The notes beneath the pieces are model-generated. The model searched no databases and was not told where the DNA came from. It saw only the letters and a list, made by a program, of their open reading frames with translations. 64,000 nucleotides of DNA from Dimorphilus gyrociliatus (Eukaryota > Animalia > Annelida): the NCBI GenBank assembly GCA_904063045.1, contig CAJFCJ010000008.1:868001-932000 (forward strand), in the 5' to 3' direction. This document shows, in pieces, positions 36,201 through 47,807 of this stretch. A program made the position numbers and the translations under genes. Within the stretch, counting starts at the first letter, position 1. Each line of letters opens with the position of its first letter.

Positions 36201-39200
36201 GTGATACTGGGTTAGCAGGTGTAGATGGTGTAGTGGGGCCTTTGGGACCTCAAGGGCCTCAGGGAATTCCAGGGCTTGTAGGAGGTGTTGGTTTGGCAGG
36301 TCTACCAGGACTGCAAGGGCCAAGAGTAAGATCTGATAGTCCGTTTTAAGGAATCTTACTAATATTCCTCTTTTCAGGGTGATACTGGTGCTTCCGGAGC
36401 TCCTGGTCAATCAGGAGGCCAAGGCATACAAGGTGCCCAAGGTCAACCTGGGAGCGATGGACCCATGGGATCAACGGGTGTAAGAGGTCCTGTAGGGCCT
36501 GTTGGGTCTCAAGGTAGTAAAGGCTCAAATGGTGATTCTGGACCAAGAGGTATAAAAGGTATTCAAGGAAATGTTGGTTCTCCTGGAGATTCAGGTCCAA
36601 AAGGGCCGGCTGGTAATAAAGGGTTAAAGGGTCAACCAGGACAACAAGGATCTAGTGGAAGAAAAGGAGATATCGGAAATCCTGTATGATTCTTAATTTT
36701 TCTTGTCTTTTGTATTCATGTTTAACTGAGAAATTTTTTATTAGGGACCAAAAGGGCTTCAAGGTGAAAAGGGAGTTGGCAATCTAGTAGGAAAAACAGG
36801 TCCCCAGGGAAATCCGGGCGATATTGGAACTAAAGGACAGAAAGGTCAGAGAGGAGATAAAGGCTTACCAGGTAATGTGGGATCGAGAGGCGACACTGGT
36901 GGCCAAGGACCTGATGGACCTCTTGGCATTAAGGGTTTACGGGGTGATGAAGGTGGTGTTGGCGACAAGGGCCCTGTTGGAGAAAAAGGATCTCTTGGCC
37001 CATTAGGGCTTCCTGGAAAAAGGTAAAAAACTTTTTTTTGCATCAAAGTTTAATGTGTATTTATGTTTTTCAGAGGTCAACAAGGAGATGTAGGAGATCA
37101 AGGGGTTCTAGGGCCTGCAGGTAACAAAGGCAGCCCGGGGATTTCTGGAATCCCAGGAGTAAGAGGTTATACCGGACAACACGGGCCAGCTGGACCTAAT
37201 GGAAGAGCTGGACCTGCCGGTCCTGTTGGTTCTCAAGGTAATACTGGCGCACCAGGTAATGTGGGAGATAAAGGGCCACCAGGAAATACTGGAGCACCTG
37301 GACCACAAGGTCCTAAAGGCATTTCAGGTCCTATAGGCCCTTTAGGTGACCAAGGAGCTGTTGGGTCGAAGGGAAGTATAGGAAGTAAAGGTCAATCAGG
37401 TATACAAGGAGTAAATGGTGAAGCTGGGTATACTGGTTCTACTGGTCAAAAAGGTTCACGAGGTAATAAAATTCTGTTGGCATTAGCGAAAATATTTATA
37501 AATTTTTCTTATTTAGGTGATCAAGGGCCTGTTGGGGAAAGGGGTCCTAATGGCAATATTGGTCCACAAGGTTTTACTGGTAATACTGGGTCAAAAGGTA
37601 TTCAAGGATTAGTTGGTCAAAAAGGAAGCCAAGGACTTGTTGGAGAACCTGGCTCAAAAGGTCCTCAAGGTCCTCAGGGTAATCAAGGAGATGTCGGACC
37701 AATTGGAAATCCTGGGCAACAGGGCCGACCAGGAGGACCTGGTTTGCGAGGAAATACTGGTGATAGAGGAGATATTGGAATAACTGGAGCGAAAGGACCA
37801 ATTGGTAACAGAGGTCTGCCAGGCAGTCAAGTAAGCTTTATAGTCAAGAGATCATTTTCTTTCATTTTAATTATTTTGTATTTCTTTTAATCGACTTTAG
37901 GGAGATCCAGGAGAACAAGGAGACTCTGGTGGAATTGGAGATCCTGGTGACCCTGGTCCTAATGGAGAGGCAGGAAAACAGGGTCCTCAGGGCAGCCAAG
38001 GAGCAACAGGAAATACTGGTGTTCAGGGCAGAACAGGATTCACTGGTGCACAAGGATCCAGAGGCTCTCCTGGTGCTACGGGGGGAAGAGGTCCTGACGG
38101 AGATATTGGAGAAGACGGCATTGTTGGACCTCAAGGACCAGCTGGTGATAGAGGCAGAGACGGCTCAAAAGGCTCTGTTGGTCTTAAAGGAGAAATTGGT
38201 GTCATTGGTGGCCGAGGCCCTGCTGGTTCTAGAGGTCCACTGGGGAACACAGGAAATCCAGGCCCTGTTGGGCTCAAAGGAGATCAAGGACCTATCGGAC
38301 CGGAGGGTCCCCCTGGTGATACAGGGCCTATTGGAAGAGAGGGGTTAGTAGGAAGATCAGGAGTACCTGGTGTTCAAGGTGACATCGGGGGTACAGGTTT
38401 TCAAGGAGAAAAAGGAAGAGTGGGACCTCGAGGTTTTATAGGCCCACTTGGTGCTACAGGAGAAAGAGGCATCAAAGGAATAATTGGTTTACAAGGATTA
38501 AAGGGTCAAATTGGTGCTCGAGGTCAAAGAGGACCTGCTGGAATAAAGGGCAATGATGGTCAAAACGGTGGGTTAGGAAATCCTGGCCGAGAGGGGCAGG
38601 TTGGTCCGCCTGGTTTAATAGGACCACAAGGTAAAAAATGATAAATAAATATTATCTTAAATATTCTTACGAATATTTTGAAGGCTTTACTGGACCGAAA
38701 GGACGCGCTGGTCCGAGAGGTGTGAGAGGAAATAGAGGTTCTGTCGGCGACAAAGGAGATGCTGGAAATCCAGGGCAAGCAGGGCCGATAGGAAATCCGG
38801 GAAGTCCTGGAGTTCTAGGAGTTCGCGGGCCACCTGGACCACAAGGATTTACAGGTTCTAATGGTCCTGTTGGGGCGACTGGTGGAACAGGTGGAACAGG
38901 GAACACAGGTCTTACTGGCCTTCCTGGATTACATGGTCCCAGAGGATCTATTGGACCAAAAGGCGATGCTGGTCGCCCTGGAGATACTGGCTCCGTTGGG
39001 CCTCTTGGTAATAATCTTTATCTTATTGATATCACTCCAGTCGATAGAATTTAATTTAGATATTTCATCACTCAGGTTCTAGAGGGTCACCGGGTTCTAA
39101 CGGAGCTCGAGGACCAACAGGACAGAGGGGAGAACCTGGAGACGATGGAGAAGAGGGTCCAATGGGTAAGCAAGGTCCAGCTGGAGACCCAGGAGGTCAG

Positions 39201-40177
39201 CCGGGTCCTGTCGGCCCTCCGGGTCCACCTGGATTTTTTGGGGCAAATGAGTGCCTAGTTAACAACGGCGGTTGCGATCATGTATGTATGGATACTTCAG
39301 ATGGATACTGCTGTCTTTGTCGTCCGGGTTATAACTTAATCCCAGTTCCTATTACGGATACAACTTGTTCGAGTTCGTACAAACAAATAAGTAAATAACT
39401 ATTTTATCAATAAAAATAATACTTAACAACAGTTGATTCTGTATCCTGCTCCTACATCGGATCGCAAAGAGTATGTACATGTACAGATACATCAAATCAA
39501 ATAGTTGTCATTAGTGGGACGCGTTGTAGAGGTAATATATTTTTTGTAAAATATTTCTATGTTAAAGTTAATCTTTAATATCATCAGACGTGGACGAATG
39601 TCGCCTCGGAAGCCATAACTGTGATCAATACTGCTTTAATACTGTTGGGTCTTTTACTTGTGGTTGTAGGCAAGGTTTCGAATTGAGCACTGATCTAAGA
39701 ACTTGTGACGGTAAAGAGATAAACCTTTGCTTCTTATATATAGAGACATGCAATTAAATCTCTCAATCTCCGTTTACAGATGTAAATGAATGCGAAAAAT
39801 CGGCCTCAGCCTGTGATCAAGGGAGAACTTGCGTTAATACTTATGGTTCTTATTTCTGTTTTGGTTTGTATTCTGTCTTGGCCATTTTTATTAGTATTAA
39901 GTATTTTATTCACTAATTTTTACTTATATCATAATCGTATTTAGGTGGTGGGATTGCTCAAGGACCACCAGTTGCTGCAAGTCAGAAAGGAAAAAATCCG
40001 AATCAAAATGGAATGCCTGTTGAGAATGGAAGTGGAAACACAATTACAATTGTCTGTCTTTCTGTCGTAACTGCGTTACTTCTATGTGGGGTGATTGCGA
40101 TTGGAGTTCGAAAATTCATCCTAAGACGTCGTAATTTGGGAGATGTCGAAACGGATAGCAGCTCGTCTGCTTTTTAA
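33248..40177 (+). CDS. Collagen D: type I transmembrane EGF-collagen
   Basis: Signal peptide [20 protein letters not shown]; CKKGGFC cap; Gly-X-Y 33749-39239; EGF units 39240-39864; [24 protein letters not shown] then RKFILRRR; ends [11 protein letters not shown] at 40177. Confidence 0.9.
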
Positions 40178-40681
40178 GATAAATAGGATTTTTTTTGTTT
40201 TCTCTTTCACCTCTTTATCAGTGCAATATTATTTGGATTCATAAACGATCATTTGTAAATAGCCCGTGCACACATATCGCAGTTTAATCACTAGGGCTGA
40301 TGGACTGCAATGCTAAAAGAGTGCATGAGAATGGAAATATATGACGATAGTTTTAAAAAAAATTTACAAATAATTAATAGTCGGTAATAGAGAACCCTCA
40401 TTGCATTCGTATGTAGCCTATGAATGGTGTGTTGAGAAAGATGAAATTTGGTTTTTTAAAATAAATATTATATTCATTTACGATCATAACAAAATCTTAC
40501 TGGCGTAGTTATTTCTTTATATATTGTAATATAGTTATTGCCTATTTCTATTGAACCTTCAGTAGTTTAAACTTTTCTAAATGAATACTTCATACAGAAC
40601 TATTGAATAGGTTTCTTTTAAATGATTTAATGATCGGTTGTTAACCGGTTAGTATTCTTTGAACGTCAAACCGACAATGCC

Positions 40682-42177
40682 ATGAATGAATCTAAAGAAC
40701 ATCGCGTAAAGAAACCAAGAAAACCGAACGTTTTAGGGTAAATAATTTCATAGAAATATTTAAAGTAATATTCTTATGGTGGTAAAACTTCAGAAGTAGA
40801 GGATGTCAAATATATGGACTAAGGCGCCGATTTTCGTTCAGAACCTATGAAATCCTCACTATAATCTTAAGAAAGCAGACTGACTATGCCATTAATTTAG
40901 GCGTAGATGTTTCAGTTCGAGATGTTGTTTTAAATTTGTGGACACGTTTACTTTCTCTCAGCGGAATTGCCTTTACTGAAGATATCAGACTAGCGTTCAG
41001 ATTACAAGACCGCTACGGCATTCCATATCAGTGGGGTACGGAAGCAGGAAAGAAATTAACTCGCGTTGTGAGCGAGACAAAAGGTCAAAGAAGAACGCGA
41101 GCCAAAATAAATGATACTTTCCTCAATTTATCTACAATATCTGGTATAATAGCTGTAGCCTGTTGCAAAGTTCATCCCATTCTAAATTTTGGAACAATTC
41201 ATTACTGGTTTCAGAATGATCTCATTCCATATTCGAAACCATTCCTTTATTTTCCTAAAGACTTCCTTTTGCATTGGAATGATTTTGCAATTTTTGTGGA
41301 AAGGAAGACATTACCTTTGAGAGAATTTAGCGATAGAGTCTTATTCGTTCGAAAATATCTTCTAGAGGAAACTATAATAATAAGTTACGATCCTGATCTG
41401 GTACAGCAAAAAGTATCTTACTATATTCTATTGTTAAAACTTCCTCGTGACTTTTTCGGTATTGTTCACTATTTTCAGAAGAATATCAATCAGAATCTAT
41501 TATGTGAAGGAGGAGATTGTGCTGCCATGAGTCTTATAATATTTTCTCTTTTTATATTATTCAATTCAGACTTTAAGACTAGAAAAAAATTGAAATGTTT
41601 TGAAACAGACATGCAAGATTTAGAAAATGAAGAAATCGAATTATTCGACTATGAAAAATGGAAAGTGTGGTTGGAAGTGTCGAATAATAAAAATCAGTTA
41701 CAGAAAACTAATTTGCATGACCTTATTGAGTTTAAGAACGAAAAATCTACTGAAAAACGCTATAGAAACACTAAATGTGCTAAAAATAGAAAGTATCGCC
41801 TTGGCATACTAAAGAATCTTCGTTTATTAGCAGTCAAAAATAGGAATCGTCAACTCAAAAGGTCATATACTGCCTGGCCGGATTTCGAAAATCAAAGCGT
41901 AAGGCCTTTCTTGAAAGAACAACTTCTACCTAAAAGCAAAGGATATGATGATAATGAAATGAACTTTGATACTTGGGAACGTATTTCATGTCAAAGAATT
42001 GCTATAAATGAAAATTCTTTAGATATATGCAGGCTTATTGAATCTGTTTGCATCTTTACTCGTAATAGTCATTTAAAAAAGTTTGTTTTTGAAAATGTAT
42101 GCAAAATTAGCGCTAAGTATTCAACCAAAAATTTTTCCTACCCTAAAAAACAAGGTAGACCGATGCAGTTCAAATAA
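40682..42177 (+). CDS. TAF1B: RNA polymerase I TBP-associated factor B (Rrn7/TAF1B)-like
   Basis: Frame open from 40786: TYEILTIILRKQTDYAINLGVDVSVRDVVLNLWTRLL resembles the TAF1B block EGFQYILYQQAEALKNLG...VLHNFWKRYL; also LIPYSKPFLYFP, AAMSLIIFSLFILF and FDYEKW. Start 40682 with intron to 40793 is inferred. Confidence 0.7.
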
Positions 42178-42229
42178 ATTTAAAAACACTAGATGTCGTT
42201 TGAGTTGGGTCACGTGATTGTCAAAGAAA

Positions 42230-43466
<1,237 letters not shown>

Positions 43467-44456
43467 CGTAAAAAGCGGCTGAGGGAATATTGTGTGTTCT
43501 GCGCGTTTCTTGTCTGTTGTGTGTTTGTGTTTTTGAGGTTTGGTGACTATGTTGCTTTGTTCGTTTCGTAATTACGCCTTGCTCTTTCCCTACTTTTCAG
43601 AAAACAGCTACGTTAAGACCATCAAATTAGGTATTGCTGTAGGGACCAATGACATTTAAAAAAAAAGAAAAAAACACAACCTTCTTTGCATATTAAAACT
43701 ACTTTTGTCTTCTATACCAATCGTGTTTCAAGTTTTATATAGCTGAAATGTGTTTATGTATTTACTATGCAAAACGAACAAAAATATGTGACAGTTGTGT
43801 GTATTTGACATCAGGTTGACAGTACTGAAACTGTGCCTTCTAAGCCTAGTTTTTGATAGGACTGGTAATTTAAAAAAATTCTTTCCCCTCAGCCGCAAAA
43901 CATTACAATGTCAAATTAAGTAAAACAAGGAGAAATTGAATTCTTTGATCTCGCTCCCTGCTATTTTTTGTTCTGAATAGCTTAAACTAACAGCGGTCAA
44001 TTATGGAACGAACTCTTTTCTATGGCTAAAACTGTGTATATCGTTTGAAATTCTATAACGTCACTGTTGTGCTTTAATGCATACAAATTTTATCACTCAG
44101 AGAAAATTTTTAAATGTTATAGAAATTCATAAAAAAATCTAGTTGCAAGATTTATATTATTTATATATACATATATGTATAGATATATAGATTTACATCT
44201 CTAATAGTATATTAAGTTTTGATGTGTGTTCAATTTTGTCCAATAAACGTGCAGTATGTTATTGTACAAATTGCTTTCTCTTTGCCATTTTCAGTTTCTC
44301 CCTAGGCCTACGGTTAAGGTTTACTTCAATTCATTTTTTCGTATTTAGTAAACATGAAAAGAATTTATGAGAAAAGGATAATAAAATTCATAACAAAATT
44401 AGGCATCAAGAGATTAACACGATGTTTTGTACGAAAACAACTAGCTTAAATAAAAG

Positions 44457-47400
44457 ATGGCGGCCCTTACTTGGAGAAACACCGTTTATCTGAAATTGCA
44501 AGAAAGAAACAACAGCGAGAGGGAGCAATATAGGACTGTCATCGAATCACGTAAATATAATTAATTTATTTGTGAATTTTTACTTAAACTTCCAAAATAA
44601 ATATGAGTATTAGATTCTGACAATTTGAATATTAGATTGCAAGTTATATGATATAACTGAAAACCTGAAAAAGAAAACAGCAACATTGACTGATGACATA
44701 AACAGATTACGACAGGAAAATCTAGAACTCCAACGAAATGTCATTGAAGGGTACAAATTATTTTAGTAATTAAGTACCAATGAAATATGTTCATATTTTT
44801 AATTTAATTATCAGTGGAGGAAGAAGTGACAAACAGTTAGAACAAAAGCTGCTGAAAGCCCATGAAGAACTTAAAGATTTATATAAAAAAAGAGGAGAAG
44901 TAAGTTACACTGCTGTTATATATTAAAAAAGTAAAATTTATTTATTTCAAAGAATGCCCAAGCCTTAATTGATTTGAAAGAAGAATTACAGATTAAAGAA
45001 AAGGATATATTGTCCAAGGATCTTAGGTCTATATGCTTTTAATTATGTTGTTGTTAGGAAAAATTAATGATTATCCTTATAGAATAAGTGAATTGGAATC
45101 ACGATTAAACGCAGTAAAATTAGCAAACGAACATTTAGAAAGTGATATTGCTGAAAAAGAAACTACCAACACTGTAAGTAAAAATTATTTATAAAGTTTT
45201 TATATGACTCTAATAAAAATTTTGTAGATACTTAAAGATGAGCTGATGGGACTTCAAATGGCATATACTAAGGCCGAAGAGAAGATTATGAAATTGGATA
45301 AAGAGAATAAAACTTTAATTGATAGGTGGATGAATCTTAAAGTAAATTTAGATTTTTTTTTTAATTAATTAATGGGCAATTAATAAATAAGATTATTTAA
45401 TTTTAGAAAGAGGCTGCTGAGGATCTCAACAAGGAGAATGAAATGTTTAGGAAAAGAAAACAAGAGAAATTAAAAAAAGATATACAAGATGCTATTAGTA
45501 ATCCTGTAGAAATAAAAGAGGGATCTATTCATGCGTAAGTATAAACGTTATACTTGAGTACTAAAGAAGAAAGTGTCCTTTTCAATCTTTTTCATTTTTA
45601 TCCTCGTCATTCTATCAACTTTCGTAGATTTAGTATTTTTTTTTCTAGTTCTACAGCTACTGAGCACGATTGTTTGCCCTTTTCGATCGAGCGACGGGTA
45701 GATACATCTATTCCAAAAGAATGCAGAGATATTAGAAAAGATTCTAATTGTCTTTTATCTTGAAAAGAAAAATACTACTACTAAATAATAAAATTCTTAA
45801 GCTAAAATAATATTTGTTCTACCGCTTATATAGTTTTTCTTTTTATGTTTCCTTTAATATTATTCCTGAATGTTCTATTTATCTATTTAATATTTGTTGG
45901 TAAAGGATACGTTTTAAATTTTTATTACAAAGTGGTGTTTGAATGTTTCTTTTATTTTTTTTTATTTTTTTTGATAACAGCCCATCAGGACTATTTGCAG
46001 GTGCTCTTTCCAGAATACCGTCGAGGGCAATAGCAAAATTTGTAAGAATGATTTATCTTTTAACTGCTAATGTATTTTATTCATTTCTTTTTCATTTTAT
46101 TTTATATAGGATGCACACGACTCTGAAGTATTTGGGCTTAAATGGGCGCCCAGTGGAAAGTATTTTGCCACTGTAGGAGGTGACAAACAAGTGAAAACTT
46201 GGGAAAAAATTGGAAGTATGATAAAATCATTATAGAATCTTTTTTGACATTCAATTAAATATATATAAATCAATAGGTTCAATTGAGAAAAAAGCACTTT
46301 TTACTCCTTGTTTCAATAGATCTGTAACAAGCGTTGATTTTGACGAAGACGTATGTTGAAATATTAGTTTTAACTAATTAAAATTAAATAAGTATATTGC
46401 TAATGCAGGAGAAATGTTTAATTGCATCATCAAATGATTGCTCAACTCAAATATGGGATCTAAGTACTCGGCAATTACGGGTGAATAATAAATTTTTTTT
46501 ACCTAATGTTCTTAAAGTTTTAATCATAACCCAACTGGATTTCTTCAATTTTAAATAGGTTAGATTAACAGGGCACGAAAATAAAGTGCACTCTTCAAAA
46601 TTTGTTTCTGGTCATGGTATAAATAAAGTAGTTTCTGGTAGTCAGGATAAAACTATTAGATTATGGGATGTTGCTAATAAATTATGTAATTATTTATTGA
46701 GTATCTCCTATATAACGCTGTTTAACATAAAAAACTAATATTAATATAGGTTCAAGAACTTTTTGTCCGGGTTCAACTTGCTTTGATTTAGTTGCATACG
46801 GTGAGAATATAATTAGTGGTCATTTCGATGGAAAAATTAGAATTTGGGATAGCCAAGCTCAAGATTCCATGACTAATATTCCCCTTGAAAGTAGGATTAC
46901 GTCATTAGACTTATCTAGCGGTAATGAGCGACTCTTTAAAATATGATAAGTAAAAAATATGTTATTAATTTATTTTTGGATAATTACAGATAAGACTAAG
47001 CTTCTGACTTGCTCTAGAGATCATTGTCTAAAAATTACTGATTTTAGACAGAATCGTGTTATAATCACTCTTCAGTAAGTCTTTGCCTATATTATTTGTT
47101 TTTTCTCTCTCTTTATGATTGTTCTGCTACATTTCATTTTCTTTTTTAACAGTGATGATAATTTTCGAATTTCAAATGATTGCTCTCGAGCAGTTTTTAG
47201 TCCTGACGAAAAGTATGTTTTGGCTGGCTCAAACAATGGTCAAATTATCATATGGAATATTGCAAAGCAGAGCGTTGAATACCGATCAGAAAAGGAGCAT
47301 AAGTAATTATCTTTTAATGAATTTTTATTTTCTAACTTATTAGCATACACTATATTATATACTTACACAACTATTTTATGTAACTAGGGGAGCTATACAA

Positions 47401-47481
47401 GCGTGTTCGTGGAATCCAAACGGTGATGGAATAATAAGTTGTGATTTGAAGAGAGGTTGCATTCTCTGGGGCGATTTTTAA
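44457..47481 (+). CDS. ATG16L1: Autophagy-related protein 16-like (N-terminal helix, coiled coil, WD40 propeller)
   Basis: MAALTWRNTVYLKLQERN, coiled coil with LKDELMGLQM...LIDRWM, then WD40 repeats (DAHDSEV, GHENKV, SGSQDKTIRLWD, SGHFDGKIRIWD, CSRDHCLKI, FSPDEKYVLAGS); stop 47481. Confidence 0.92.
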
Positions 47482-47807
47482 AGAAATATATTTACACGAA
47501 TGAAAAAAGAACATTACAAAGACTTTAATATCGATAAAATCATGACTTTAAACCAAGAATATTAAAAAAAAAAGGAAATCAAATAAAAATGACTAAAATA
47601 TCTCAAAATGTTTTATATGTTCTAAAATGACAAACTGTACAATCTTTTTTATTTGCCAAACCTAAATTATCCAATAAAGAAAGATAATTGTTTGTTTTTA
47701 TTATGATTTTAAGAGATAAAGAGAAAACTATTCAAAATGAGTTATAAGGGAATACAATACAATAATAATATAAATCTTATAATAGTTTTCCCATTTTATT
47801 ATCGTCA

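Noticed and set aside
10726-39400. Dozens of antisense and off-frame ORFs over the collagen genes (Pro/Gly- or Leu/Val-rich)
   Set aside because: They are shadow ORFs of GGN-CCN-rich collagen codons, which rarely create stops in other frames; their boundaries coincide with collagen exons.
10333-40177. Assignment as fibrillar collagen, type IV, MACIT (XIII/XXIII/XXV) or CCBE1
   Set aside because: No COLFI or C4/NC1 domain; the TM is C-terminal with an N-terminal signal peptide; the EGFs follow rather than precede the helix.
45554-45763. Possible ATG16L1 cassette exon between the coiled coil and WD40 domain
   Set aside because: The available acceptor and donor do not preserve the phase-2/phase-2 frame, and read-through hits a stop.
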